NCBI GenBank assembly: GCA_038064015.1
Contig: JBBTUB010000015.1
Span: 7,093-71,092 of the forward strand
Source of the DNA: Patescibacteria group bacterium
GTDB lineage: Bacteria; Patescibacteriota; Minisyncoccia; 2-02-FULL-40-12; IGHO2-01-FULL-4-A
DNA length: 64,000 nucleotides
Direction: 5' to 3'
A program made the translations under genes and the position numbers. This document shows positions 46,607 through 55,893 of the stretch, piece by piece (positions within the stretch are counted from its first letter, which is position 1; every line of letters begins with the position of its first letter). The notes below the pieces were generated by a model, which was not told where the DNA came from, did not search any database, and was given only the letters and a program-made list of their open reading frames with translations.

Positions 46607-46677
46607 AGCGGGTAAGGGGAGTCGAACCCCTGTTCACTGATTGGCAACCAGTCGTAATACCGTTATACGATACCCGC
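46607..46677 (-). tRNA. tRNA-Gly (anticodon GCC)
   Basis: Acceptor GCGGGUA/UACCCGC. Anticodon loop UUGCCAA. T-arm AGGGG-UUCGACU-CCCCU. Confidence 0.8.
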
Positions 46678-46678
46678 T

Positions 46679-47350
46679 TTACACTTTGGGATTATAGAGC
46701 ATCCCCTGGTAAATTTCAATCCATTTCAATAGTTTTTCTTTAAGTTTTCGGCTATGGATCAAAATCATACATGATCCTGAAGAGAATCGCTTCGTGGTCT
46801 TGGCACGCTTAATGATAATAGATTTCTGGAATAACGCAGCTGGAATTCCTAAAAGTTTCGCCCACGTGCTTTTTTGGACGGAATCAATCAAGTCAGGATA
46901 GAGAATGAGGCGCATCTTTATCTGTTCCTCGTTGGCAAGCTCATTGGTTAGCAGAAACGAGCGAAATGCCCGAATCATTTCATGATCGTTGCTCGTGAAG
47001 CGAACTTGGCTGTTTGCGGACGAAGTATCCCCTCGTGTCCAGTAGAGCACGATGCCCGCAAGAAAACGGGCTTGTTTGCTCAGTTCAAGAAAATCTTTTA
47101 TTGCCTCGGTGCGATATTGGTTATGCACACCCTGCCAGTATCGGCGTACAGCTTTAGGAAGTTGTCTGGCTCGGACTTTCGCTTCTTGCGCCGCTTGCGA
47201 AGTGCGCTGCGTACGGACTTTTTGAGACCACGTTTCTTGAGAAAACCAAGAACTGAGCGTACTTTTAGGAACTCCAAATTTCTTGCTAATTTCCGTATAG
47301 CTTTTTCCGGCCTCGCGCATTTCCTTGGCTTTTTGACGCTCTTTTCTCAT
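46679..47350 (-). CDS. HTH-domain protein, possibly mobile-element/homing-endonuclease related
   Basis: N-terminal HTH (GKSYTEISKKFGVPKSTLSSW). Downstream FLAGIVLYWTRGD is only weakly LAGLIDADG-like. Lies between tRNA-Gly and tRNA-Phe. Confidence 0.4.
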   Translation of the reverse strand: MRKERQKAKEMREAGKSYTEISKKFGVPKSTLSSWFSQETWSQKVRTQRTSQAAQEAKVRARQLPKAVRRYWQGVHNQYRTEAIKDFLELSKQARFLAGIVLYWTRGDTSSANSQVRFTSNDHEMIRAFRSFLLTNELANEEQIKMRLILYPDLIDSVQKSTWAKLLGIPAALFQKSIIIKRAKTTKRFSSGSCMILIHSRKLKEKLLKWIEIYQGMLYNPKV

Positions 47351-47454
47351 AATGTTGATAAGTATCGTATACCTACTTATTAGGTGTACATATAATTATA
47401 TACAGTAGTTCAGTTTTTACTATGCCTTTTTGTGGATAGTGGTTGATAACCAAA

Positions 47455-47486
47455 GAAAAAGACCCTTTTAGGGGGGGTCTTTTTTG
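47455..47486. terminator. rho-independent terminator downstream of tRNA-Phe
   Basis: aaaaagaccc-tttta-gggggggtctttttt hairpin with flanking A-run and T-run. Confidence 0.55.
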
Positions 47487-47491
47487 TTCTG

Positions 47492-47566
47492 TGGTGCCGC
47501 GGGTCGGAATTGAACCGACGACCACATCCTCTTCAGGGATATGCTCTACCACTGAGCTACCGCGGC
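47492..47566 (-). tRNA. tRNA-Phe (anticodon GAA), CCA encoded
   Basis: Acceptor GCCGCGG/CCGCGGC. Anticodon loop CUGAAGA. T-loop UUCAAUU. 3' ACCA encoded. Confidence 0.85.
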
Positions 47567-47593
47567 ATCTATAATTCGGTTCTTGAGAACCGG

Positions 47594-47665
47594 TGGGCGC
47601 GCCCAGACTCGAACTGGGAACCTTTTCTACGTCAAAGAAACGCTCTACCATTGAGCTACGCGCCC
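47594..47665 (-). tRNA. tRNA-Val (anticodon GAC)
   Basis: Acceptor GGGCGCG/CGCGCCC. Anticodon loop UUGACGU. T-loop UUCGAGU. Confidence 0.85.
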
Positions 47666-47765
47666 TACACCTACATCTCTACTGAGTCCCGACGCAGTAG
47701 GTCGGGACCCCGACTGAAACGTCGGGGCTAAGCGCGCGCAATCTGGCGAAGGTATTCTACCAGAG

Positions 47766-48212
47766 CTATTTTAGGAGGTCAAAGTATTCTTTGAGAGCTT
47801 GGAATGTGGCGCTGCCATCATCGAGTTTCGAGTAGTCATCTTTAGTCACCCATTCGTAGCCCGAGTGTTCGTAACTTAATCTCACTTCACCGGATTTGTA
47901 GGCACATTGAAATCCAACATTATACACGAGCATTCCCGGGGTTCTGGATCTGGCTCCCAGTTTTCGAAAGTAGATACAGAAAGGCTTGCCGATCTCAATC
48001 TCCAATCCGCATTCTTCTCGGACTTCTCGCCGAAGTGATTCAAAAAAATTAACTCCGTCATCTTCCTGAATTCTTCCTCCAGGCAAATCGATATAATTTG
48101 ACTCTCCAGCTTCGGAGTCAGAATCTTTGCCATGAAGCACTAATAACTTTCCAGCCTTATCAATAAACGCCTTCTGACCTACGAAGAAGAGTTGATTTTC
48201 AGTTTCGGCCAT
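47766..48212 (-). CDS. NUDIX hydrolase
   Basis: Nudix box GGRIQEDDGVNFFESLRREVREECGLEI. Followed on its strand by two tandem hairpins (cccgac..gtcggg) acting as a terminator. Confidence 0.75.
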   Translation of the reverse strand: MAETENQLFFVGQKAFIDKAGKLLVLHGKDSDSEAGESNYIDLPGGRIQEDDGVNFFESLRREVREECGLEIEIGKPFCIYFRKLGARSRTPGMLVYNVGFQCAYKSGEVRLSYEHSGYEWVTKDDYSKLDDGSATFQALKEYFDLLK

Positions 48213-48262
48213 ATATTAATAGGTTAGCATCTCAAGAGGGGCAAGATCGTAGGCTTTACTGA

Positions 48263-48802
48263 TTATGGTGATACCTCTTTTTTGGGATGTCTATATATTT
48301 TGTAGCCAATGAATAAAATTAATAGGACGATTATTAGAAAGGGCGTTACTGGTCCGAGAAAAAATAAGATATTGAAAAGAAGAATGTCTTTTTGACCTTC
48401 TGATAGCAAACTCGTGTTACTGCAGAGACTTACCGACAAATCACCATTATCTGTGTAGGCGTACACCATGTATTCTCCGCCCTTTTGAAACTCATAACCA
48501 CAACTGACCTCGCTTGAGGCGGTAGTAATGGTTATTTTTTTGTCATGAACGCCCTTGTATGATTTATAAACTTCAAAGCTTACCTTTACCGGATCCATGC
48601 TGCTGGTTATAGGTTTTGACCAGGTGACTTCAGTAACGCGGCCAGAAAAAATGTCATCATAGCCAAAATAAGAGAAAATTGCCGGTCGTGGTTGCATACA
48701 GGAGCATGCATACGCGGTAGGAATTTTGAAAGTAGCAAATAAAACAAAAGAACTTGCCAGAGTTACTAAGCCAAGTTTTGTAAGTTGTTTCAAGCGATTC
48801 AT
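48263..48802 (-). CDS. hypothetical membrane-anchored protein (N-terminal signal/lipobox-like, C-terminal TM)
   Basis: Start taken at MNRLKQ to avoid tRNA-Leu. LVTLASSFVLFATFKIPTAYAC signal. C-terminal helix ILLFNILFFLGPVTPFLIIVLLILFIGY. Confidence 0.4.
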   Translation of the reverse strand: MNRLKQLTKLGLVTLASSFVLFATFKIPTAYACSCMQPRPAIFSYFGYDDIFSGRVTEVTWSKPITSSMDPVKVSFEVYKSYKGVHDKKITITTASSEVSCGYEFQKGGEYMVYAYTDNGDLSVSLCSNTSLLSEGQKDILLFNILFFLGPVTPFLIIVLLILFIGYKIYRHPKKEVSP

Positions 48803-48805
48803 TTG

Positions 48806-48890
48806 TGCGGGCGAGAGGATTCGAACCTCCATAGGGTTGCCCCTGCTACCACCTCAAGGTAGTGCGTCTAGCCAATTTCGCCACGCCCGC
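48806..48890 (-). tRNA. tRNA-Leu (anticodon GAG), long variable arm
   Basis: Acceptor GCGGGCG/CGCCCGC. Anticodon loop UUGAGGU. 15-nt variable arm. T-loop UUCGAAU. Confidence 0.8.
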
Positions 48891-48897
48891 ATATTTC

Positions 48898-49548
48898 TCA
48901 AAAGAACTTCATTCCAATAGCTTTCTCGATTTTCAATCGTTTCCGTGATAGACAAACAACCCGCTTATCATAATACATTTTTGGCAGTAATTGCAATGAT
49001 TCACCCTTGGCGTACTTGAGCTGATAGGCAGTTCCTTTTCCGCCTTTGCCCGTAAGATGGCCAGAGACTCCAGTATGGAGCTTTATTGTTTCTCTAAGCC
49101 ATTGAATATGCTTGAGGCTGGCCGATACAAACACCGTGTAGAACATGAAGCTTGATCGCCATCGTGGATCCATGTATGAATAAAATGATCCATCTCCATC
49201 AAAGCAACCGCGCAAGAAATCAAAAAAGTATTCTTCGGGAATTTTAAGTGCTCCCATCGTTTTCGACTTTGCAGGCGTCAAACCAATCTCCATCAGATAA
49301 CGATAAAAGAGCACGTCTCCGAACTGAACATGAAAATATTTTTTCTCTTCGGAATATCCCCGAGATTTTTTGCCAATTTTCACCGTGAGTCCCAGACAAT
49401 CAACAAAGTTGTTGGCTTGCTCGATGTCTTTCGTAGTTAGACTCAAATGCCTCCCGTCATTGTAAAGACATCCATCAGTAGTTATGAGGCCTATCGCGTA
49501 GGCGAATTTAGGAGACCATTCTATTTTGATCGTACCTAACGGTCTCAT
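48898..49548 (-). CDS. double-motif LAGLIDADG homing endonuclease, free-standing
   Basis: Motif 1 YAIGLITTDGCL and motif 2 FLRGCFDGDGSF about 100 aa apart. 216 aa. Located between tRNA-Leu and rplS. Confidence 0.75.
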   Translation of the reverse strand: MRPLGTIKIEWSPKFAYAIGLITTDGCLYNDGRHLSLTTKDIEQANNFVDCLGLTVKIGKKSRGYSEEKKYFHVQFGDVLFYRYLMEIGLTPAKSKTMGALKIPEEYFFDFLRGCFDGDGSFYSYMDPRWRSSFMFYTVFVSASLKHIQWLRETIKLHTGVSGHLTGKGGKGTAYQLKYAKGESLQLLPKMYYDKRVVCLSRKRLKIEKAIGMKFF

Positions 49549-49624
49549 TCGTCTAATTATACCTCAAACCCTCCGTGGCTACCAGAAGAATTATGAACAA
49601 TATTTAATTGTCATCGAGAAAAGC

Positions 49625-49996
49625 CTACTGAGTTGCAACTTCGGCGGCAGGAGAGACCGCAACTTTTGCGATTTCGAGGATCTTGGTTTTCTTGCGGGTC
49701 TCGCGGGCGGTTTTGGTGCGGAGGTAGTAAAGCTTGGCGCGGCGGACTTTGGAGTTCTTGGTCACCTCAAACTGCGCGATGGTGGGCAGATGGAGCGGGA
49801 AAATACGCTCAACACCGATGCCGTTGGAAATCTTGCGGACGGTAATCGTCGCGTTGGCACCCGAGCCGTGTTTGCGCGCGATAATGATCCCCTCAAAAAT
49901 TTGAATGCGAGATTTCTCTCCTTCTTGGATTTTCTGGTGGACGCGCACCGTGGCGCCGGGGCGGAGCGTGCTGAAGTCTTTGGTGGTATTAGTCAT
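49625..49996 (-). CDS. rplS: 50S ribosomal protein L19
   Basis: ...[41 protein letters not shown]... is the L19 signature. Confidence 0.9.
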   Translation of the reverse strand: MTNTTKDFSTLRPGATVRVHQKIQEGEKSRIQIFEGIIIARKHGSGANATITVRKISNGIGVERIFPLHLPTIAQFEVTKNSKVRRAKLYYLRTKTARETRKKTKILEIAKVAVSPAAEVATQ

Positions 49997-50712
49997 AGCT
50001 TTGCTATCGTATCTGATTTTAGGAAATTCGTCAATTCATCGGGCATGTCCGCCTCAAGCGTCATGGCTTGGCCCTGCTGGGTCGTAAATGAAAGTTGCTT
50101 GGCATGGAGAAACAGCCGGCCAAGCTCGGGAGGGCACGTGCGAGACTTCTCGGCATAGATCGGGTCGCAGACGATGGGGTGGCCGATGGAGCGCAGATGG
50201 ATGCGGATCTGATGAGTACGGCCGGTCTTTGGGGAGACCTCGAGGAGAGTATAGTTCTCGAAGCGCTCGAGCACTCGATACTCGGTCAGTGCTGCGCGCT
50301 CGTGCGTCTTGCCTTCGCGGGGAGGGCGCATGCTTTGGCGGGTGCCGAACTTGAAGAGTGGCGCGTCGATAATCCCCTGATCATTTTTTACCGATCCATA
50401 AACAAGAGCAGCATATTTTTTAGTAATCAGACGATCATGAAAGAGGTGCTTATAGTAGACAAACGCCTCTTGGTTTTTGACCAGCAAGAGCAAACCTGAG
50501 GTTTCTTTGTCGATGCGGTGGACGATGCCGGGGCGGGTTAAATCCTCTCCGACTTCTTTTGCCTCGGGGTATTTCTCTAAAAACCACGACAGCACGCTTG
50601 GCCGCTGATCATCTTTGTTGCGAGGATGCGTCAGAAGTCCGGAGGGCTTGTTGATGACGACAAAGTCAGGGGAGTCGTAGACGGTGGATGGGTTATTTAA
50701 TGAAGGATTCAA
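49993..50712 (-). CDS. RluA-family pseudouridine synthase
   Basis: Catalytic motif [19 protein letters not shown] (HRLDxxTSG). Confidence 0.85.
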   Translation of the reverse strand: MNPSLNNPSTVYDSPDFVVINKPSGLLTHPRNKDDQRPSVLSWFLEKYPEAKEVGEDLTRPGIVHRIDKETSGLLLLVKNQEAFVYYKHLFHDRLITKKYAALVYGSVKNDQGIIDAPLFKFGTRQSMRPPREGKTHERAALTEYRVLERFENYTLLEVSPKTGRTHQIRIHLRSIGHPIVCDPIYAEKSRTCPPELGRLFLHAKQLSFTTQQGQAMTLEADMPDELTNFLKSDTIAKL

Positions 50713-51040
50713 TGGTTTTTCTCAACTCTCGATTCGCAATTTCAGTAATACTTCTTTGACCCGCGGCAATATCTTGAAGCCTAGTAATCGCATCCGTAAC
50801 ATCCTTGCGATCGTCAGGAGACATTACAGGATCAGAAACGACAGCCTCTCGTAACTTGAATGTTAGTTCGGCTAAATTTTCTATATTTAATAGCCATGTC
50901 AGGTTTTTCTCGATTATTTCATGAACCAAAAACTCTCCTCGCATGAGCGTTCTTTGCTCACCAGAAACTTTGGAGTCGGCGTTGTTGAGTATTCTTTTGC
51001 GGGCTTCATCACCGAAGGCTTCTCTACCAGTTGTCATAGT
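50693..51040 (-). CDS. hypothetical protein
   Basis: ORF start trimmed to MTTGREAF (ATG at 51040) because the longer N-terminus overlaps a tRNA remnant. No motifs recognised. Confidence 0.35.
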   Translation of the reverse strand, partial: TMTTGREAFGDEARKRILNNADSKVSGEQRTLMRGEFLVHEIIEKNLTWLLNIENLAELTFKLREAVVSDPVMSPDDRKDVTDAITRLQDIAAGQRSITEIANRELRKTIESFIK

Positions 51041-51060
51041 GCGCGCTGAGGGATTCGGCT
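51041..51060 (-). repeat. tRNA-Val 3'-end remnant (20-nt exact copy of the T-arm/acceptor 3' half of tRNA-Val(UAC))
   Basis: agtgcgcgctgagggattcg at 51041-51060 is identical to 51183-51202. The remnant does not fold into a full cloverleaf. Confidence 0.5.
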
Positions 51061-51185
51061 TCGACTCTCGGCTCGCCGTCGCTCGCCTCGGTCTAGCCAC
51101 CGCCTCGCGTTATGATGTACTCATCATAACATGCTCCGGCGTTCTCATCCCTCCGCACGTCACGCCGGTGACGTGCTCATCGCAG

Positions 51186-51258
51186 TGCGCGCTGAGGGAT
51201 TCGAACCCCCGACCCTCTCGGTGTAAACGAGATGCTCTAACCGCTGAGCTAAGCGCGC
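51186..51258 (-). tRNA. tRNA-Val (anticodon UAC)
   Basis: Acceptor GCGCGCU/AGCGCGC. Anticodon loop UUUACAC. T-arm GGGGG-UUCGAAU-CCCUC. Confidence 0.85.
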
Positions 51259-51264
51259 CGACAG

Positions 51265-51336
51265 TGGGCGTGCCAGGGATCGAACCTGGGACCCGCGACT
51301 TATAAGATCGCTGCTCTACCGCTGAGCTACACGCCC
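51265..51336 (-). tRNA. tRNA with anticodon UAU (tRNA-Ile2-like, reads AUA)
   Basis: Acceptor GGGCGUG/CACGCCC. Anticodon stem GCGAU/GUCGC (one G:U). Loop CUUAUAA. T-loop UUCGAUC. Confidence 0.6.
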
Positions 51337-51340
51337 ACAC

Positions 51341-53158
51341 CTACCCTATTAAAGCATAGAGCTCCTTTTGTTCCAATGTTTCTTTGGCGATCAACTCTTT
51401 GGCGATGCGATTGAGCACTTCGATTTTTTTCGTGATGACCTCTTTGGCTTTTTTGAGCGCTTTACTCAAAAGCGCCTTAACCTCTACGTCGATCTGGTAG
51501 GCAATTTCATTAGAATAATTTTTTTGATGCCCGAAGTCCCGTCCCATAAACACCATCTCGTCTTTTTCTCCGAATACCGATGGGCCGATTTTCGCCGACA
51601 TACCAAACTCTGTGACCATTCGGTGGGCGAGATCTGAGGCGACTTTCAGATCATTGGAAGCGCCGGTGGTGAGTTCTTTGAAAACAATCTGTTCAGCCAT
51701 GTAGCCGCCCATGAGCACGGCGAGTTCGGCTTCAAATTCCGACTTAGTTTTGAGCATACGGTCTTCAGAGGGAAGCTTCAGCGTATAGCCTCCCGCACGC
51801 CCGCGCGATACGATGGACACTTTGTGGACCGGATCGGCGTGAGGAACCGAGACGGCAACCAACGCGTGGCCCGCTTCATGATAGGCGGTAATTTCTTTTT
51901 CCTTGGGATTCATCACCTTTGATTTGCGCTCCGGCCCAAGCATGACTTTCTCGACCGCTTGAAGAATATCAATTTGCATGATTTGGGATTGATTTTTGCG
52001 AGCGGCAAGGATGGCGCCTTCGTTGATGAGGTTGGCGAGATCAGCGCCGGAAAATCCCGGCGTGCGCTCGGCGACGACGCGCAGATTCACGTCCCGCCCA
52101 AGCGGTTTTTCAGCGGCATGGATTTTGAGGATCGCTTCGCGGTCTTTGAGTGATGGCTCATCCAGGATAATCCGGCGATCAAAGCGTCCGGGGCGCAAGA
52201 GGGCGGGATCCAGAATATCAGGACGGTTCGTCGCGGCCATGACGATCACGGCTGTATCCGTATCGAAGCCATCCATCTCGACAAGAATTTGATTGAGGGT
52301 TTGCTCGCGCTCGTCATGGCCGCCGCCCATGCCCGCGCCGCGATGGCGTCCGACGGCGTCAATCTCGTCGACGAAGATGATTGCAGGCGAATTTTTCTTG
52401 GCAGCTTCAAAGGTATCGCGCACTCTGGTAGCACCAACGCCGACAAACATCTCCACAAATTCCGATCCGGATACGAAGTAAAAAGGGACGTTGGCTTCGT
52501 TGGCGACGGCTTTGGCCAAGAGGGTTTTGCCGGTTCCGGGCGTGCCGACCAGGAGGAAGCCGCGCGGCATCCGGGCACCGAGGCGCTTGAACTTGGTCGG
52601 GTCGCGCAAAAACTCCACGATTTCGACGACCTCTTCTTTCGCTTCAATTAAGCCGGCGACGTCTTTGAAGGTAACTTTCTTTTTGGTAATATCCGTGCCG
52701 GCAAGGCGAGCTTTTGATTTTCCAAAATTCATCGCTCCCATCGCGCCTTTTTGGGCTGAGCGGAACATGAACCAAAACAATAGCCCAATGAACAGAAACG
52801 GCAGGACGATTTGGACGATGGCCGGAAGATAGCCAAAGAAGCCTTCTTCCTTGATCGTGATCTCTATTTTTTTCAGCTGGGCTTCGTCAGCGCCGAGGTT
52901 TTTGAGTGTTTCGCTGGGCGCGGCATTGGGCTCGGCTTTGACGGTTTCCTTGCCCTTATCGTCTCGGAGCTCAACGGTAAAGGTGCCGCCCTGCACCGTG
53001 AGCGTCTTCACGGAACCTTCGTTGATTTGCGTGATGAGCTTGCTCAGCGAGATTTCTTCTTTTTTGCCGCCTCGATCCGGGCTGAATCCCGCGATCAGGC
53101 TGGAGATCACGAGGAGGACCACAAAAATGAGGAGGATGTACTTAAGAAGTGACTTCAT
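51341..53158 (-). CDS. ftsH: ATP-dependent zinc metalloprotease FtsH
   Basis: N-terminal TM pair. AAA+ Walker [17 protein letters not shown]. Zn motif HEAGHALVA. Confidence 0.9.
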   Translation of the reverse strand: MKSLLKYILLIFVVLLVISSLIAGFSPDRGGKKEEISLSKLITQINEGSVKTLTVQGGTFTVELRDDKGKETVKAEPNAAPSETLKNLGADEAQLKKIEITIKEEGFFGYLPAIVQIVLPFLFIGLLFWFMFRSAQKGAMGAMNFGKSKARLAGTDITKKKVTFKDVAGLIEAKEEVVEIVEFLRDPTKFKRLGARMPRGFLLVGTPGTGKTLLAKAVANEANVPFYFVSGSEFVEMFVGVGATRVRDTFEAAKKNSPAIIFVDEIDAVGRHRGAGMGGGHDEREQTLNQILVEMDGFDTDTAVIVMAATNRPDILDPALLRPGRFDRRIILDEPSLKDREAILKIHAAEKPLGRDVNLRVVAERTPGFSGADLANLINEGAILAARKNQSQIMQIDILQAVEKVMLGPERKSKVMNPKEKEITAYHEAGHALVAVSVPHADPVHKVSIVSRGRAGGYTLKLPSEDRMLKTKSEFEAELAVLMGGYMAEQIVFKELTTGASNDLKVASDLAHRMVTEFGMSAKIGPSVFGEKDEMVFMGRDFGHQKNYSNEIAYQIDVEVKALLSKALKKAKEVITKKIEVLNRIAKELIAKETLEQKELYALIG

Positions 53159-54350
53159 CTAATTGCTTGGAGATGGTCAAAAGCATTTTATGATCTTTGG
53201 GATCAAGAGAAACGATGGCGACCGGAATCTGGGCGCCAACTTTGACGACTTCTGAAGGTTTTTTATTATCAAATTCCGCCAATGGCACAAGGCCGGTGAT
53301 TTCTTCGTCGAGGCTTACCAGGGCGCCATAGTTGGTCAGTTTCACCACTTTGCCCGTCAGATTCTGACCGACGCTGTATCGCTCGGGAGCCTTTTCCCAC
53401 GGGTCGGTTTTGAGCGCTTTGAGCGAAAGTGAAACCTTGCCACCTTCAATACTGATAATCTTCGCCGACACCGCTTGTCCGCTGGCCAAGAAATCACGAG
53501 GATTGTCGATGATTTTCCAGTCAATCTCCGAAATATGGATTAAGCCTTCAAGCTTGGTGGTCGAGGCCGCTTCTTTTGGCTTCAAAAGTACGAATGCTCC
53601 AAAGTCGGTGACGTCCGTGATCGTGCCTTCGACAATCTCGCCGAGCGTAAATTTCGCGAGTTCTTCTTGAATGTTTGCTTCCCCGATCGCTTTTTCTGAA
53701 ACGATCAATCGGTTTTCATCCTCGGAAAAATCAAGGATTTTGACTTGAAACTCAGCATTGCGGAATTTTTGGAGCGCCTGGACGATCTTGGTCGTATCAC
53801 CGCCTTCGACTTTCGGATAGTGGTCGGGAGACAGCTGTGAGAGTGGCAAGAAGCCCTGGACGCCGTTGAGCTCCACAATCAACCCACCCTTATTAATATT
53901 AACGATTTTCGTCGAAATTATTTCACCTTTGTCTTTCTTTTCCTTGATATCTTCCCAGGCGGTCGTGCGCTGGGCGCGCTTGAGGGAGAGATCGCGATAG
54001 CCAAGCCCGTCTTCATCCTCAATATCAAGAAATACCGCCGAGATTTGCTGGCCGGCCTGGAGTGCTTTTTGCAACGAGGTATTGTCGTAAAATTCTCCCG
54101 GGTAGACGATGCCGGTGCCCAAGGATCCGAGGTCGATCATGACCGCGTTCTTGCTAACGCTCAAAATTTCTCCCTGGACGACACTCCCCGGCTTGGGAAG
54201 GTCGATGTCAGTTTTCGCCAGTAGGTCTTTCATAGAAAGACCGGGCTCCGTAGGTAAAATTATAGGATCCATAAGTTTCAAGAGTCTATCATGTTTTTTT
54301 TGTGCTGGCAATCCTGGTATACTGGGATCATGAAATCGTGGCACGCGCAT
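53142..54350 (-). CDS. rpsA: 30S ribosomal protein S1-like (multiple S1 RNA-binding domains)
   Basis: At least four S1-fold repeats (e.g. GSVVQGEILSVSKNAVMIDLG, GEIISTKIVNINKGGLIVEL, GEIVEGTITDVTDFGAFVLL, GQNLTGKVVKLTNYGALVSL). Confidence 0.75.
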   Translation of the reverse strand: MRVPRFHDPSIPGLPAQKKHDRLLKLMDPIILPTEPGLSMKDLLAKTDIDLPKPGSVVQGEILSVSKNAVMIDLGSLGTGIVYPGEFYDNTSLQKALQAGQQISAVFLDIEDEDGLGYRDLSLKRAQRTTAWEDIKEKKDKGEIISTKIVNINKGGLIVELNGVQGFLPLSQLSPDHYPKVEGGDTTKIVQALQKFRNAEFQVKILDFSEDENRLIVSEKAIGEANIQEELAKFTLGEIVEGTITDVTDFGAFVLLKPKEAASTTKLEGLIHISEIDWKIIDNPRDFLASGQAVSAKIISIEGGKVSLSLKALKTDPWEKAPERYSVGQNLTGKVVKLTNYGALVSLDEEITGLVPLAEFDNKKPSEVVKVGAQIPVAIVSLDPKDHKMLLTISKQLDEVTS

Positions 54351-55181
54351 CTCTTGCGTACCGAGGTGATGGTTTTTTTGCTGGGGTTGGCGATTTTCGC
54401 CGAGATTGCCTTTCTCGCAGCTGTTTTTGTGGTGCTTCCGGAGTCAGGATTTCTCGCGCTGATCGCTCCCGATGCTTTGACCCGATCGGCAAACGCGGCA
54501 CGGCAAGACACTCAAAGCCCCGTACTGATTACCAATCCGCTCCTTACCAAAGCTGCCCAGCTCAAAGCCAATGACATGGCTACCAAAAGCTATTTCGCTC
54601 ATACGAGTCCGGCGGGTGTTACCCCCTGGTATTGGCTTGATCAGGTTGGGTATCGCTATAGCAGTGCGGGAGAGAATCTCGCGGTTGATTTTATCGACTC
54701 AAGCGACGTGCACCAGGCGTGGATGAATTCTCCCGGCCACCGCGCGAATATTCTCAATGCCGGATATACCGAAATCGGCATCGCGACGGCCACGGGGATT
54801 TATAAAGGCCACGAGACTGTTTTTGCGGTGCAGTTTTTTGGGAAACCCCGTAATACAACATCCGATAGCGGCTCTGCGAGCCGCATCGCGAAGCAGTCGG
54901 ATGTTGATATACGGGGAAACCCCGTGTTCTCGTTCTCGGTCGCTCAAGCGGAGGAATCCGGTGCTGCGGCAACGCTTGCCGCAAGCCCTCGAAAAGTCAC
55001 AAATTACGGCTTTGCCGTTGTCGGCATCTTGATCGTATTGGCGCTGGGGTTGACCATCCTCATCCGCATGGAACTTCCTCACCCTCAAAAAGCTATTTTG
55101 CCCATGGCAACGATTGCGATCATCATCTCGTTTATTCTGATCAATCACAAGATCGCTCTGGCAGGGCTGCAGATTCTTTGA
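54330..55181 (+). CDS. CAP/SCP/PR-1 domain protein (YkwD-like), membrane-anchored at both ends
   Basis: CAP motifs HTSPAGV...GENLA...WMNSPGHRANIL...YTEIGIA. N-terminal and C-terminal hydrophobic helices. Start taken at MKSWHAH (ATG 54330). Confidence 0.6.
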   Translation: MKSWHAHLLRTEVMVFLLGLAIFAEIAFLAAVFVVLPESGFLALIAPDALTRSANAARQDTQSPVLITNPLLTKAAQLKANDMATKSYFAHTSPAGVTPWYWLDQVGYRYSSAGENLAVDFIDSSDVHQAWMNSPGHRANILNAGYTEIGIATATGIYKGHETVFAVQFFGKPRNTTSDSGSASRIAKQSDVDIRGNPVFSFSVAQAEESGAAATLAASPRKVTNYGFAVVGILIVLALGLTILIRMELPHPQKAILPMATIAIIISFILINHKIALAGLQIL

Positions 55182-55191
55182 ATGTAAAAGG

Positions 55192-55821
55192 CTATTCTGG
55201 TTTTCCGAGATTCACCCACGTAGTATTCCAGATCCACGAATTGCCGTCCTTATCGAGCAATGCGGTGTGATGCCACTGGACAATATCATCAGCCGCAATC
55301 GGGGCATCAAAACTTTCCTCGCGAACCCATGTTTTTGAGTTGAAGTACCGGTACCAGGCGTCGCCCTTGTTGGTCAGGACATGGATCACATTCCAGTCGC
55401 CGTCAACGAAGGCGATATCCCCGCCGCCGGTAATGCCTTGCGGGCCCTGCGGTCCGGCATCGCCTTTTTCGCCACGTTCGCCCTGATCACCCGTAGCGCC
55501 CTTCTCGCCTTTAGTACCTTGGGTTCCGCTAGCCCCTTTTTCACCGGCAACACCCTTATCGCCCTTGAGACCCTGCGGTCCGGTAGCGCCTCGGTCTCCC
55601 TTAGGACCCTGCGCGCCTTGCGCATTCCAACTCAAAAGGGCATCGTTTTTTGTGCACTTTGCCGCCGTGAAGCCGTTCTTACCTACCACAACTGCCGTCC
55701 CATTTTTTCGGATGCACACACTGATCGTGCTATCCGCTGCGCGAGCGTGGTGAAAAGCCGCGATGCCTCCGACTGCCAATATACCACCACTTAACAGTCC
55801 AATAAGAAAATATTTTTTCAT
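55192..55821 (-). CDS. secreted collagen-like triple-helix repeat protein
   Basis: Signal peptide. About 23 uninterrupted G-X-Y triplets (GAQGPKGDRGATGPQGLKGDKG...GPQGPQGITGG). C-terminal globular domain. Confidence 0.7.
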   Translation of the reverse strand: MKKYFLIGLLSGGILAVGGIAAFHHARAADSTISVCIRKNGTAVVVGKNGFTAAKCTKNDALLSWNAQGAQGPKGDRGATGPQGLKGDKGVAGEKGASGTQGTKGEKGATGDQGERGEKGDAGPQGPQGITGGGDIAFVDGDWNVIHVLTNKGDAWYRYFNSKTWVREESFDAPIAADDIVQWHHTALLDKDGNSWIWNTTWVNLGKPE

Positions 55822-55893
55822 ATTTCGCTATTGTAACACAGGAATAGCCACGTCAAGTGTACAAGTTTATAAAAAAAGAGTATTGATAGAATT

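Noticed and set aside
46679-47350. Calling the HTH protein a LAGLIDADG endonuclease
   Set aside because: FLAGIVLYWTRGD lacks the acidic D/E positions of the LAGLIDADG motif, so it is annotated only as an HTH protein.
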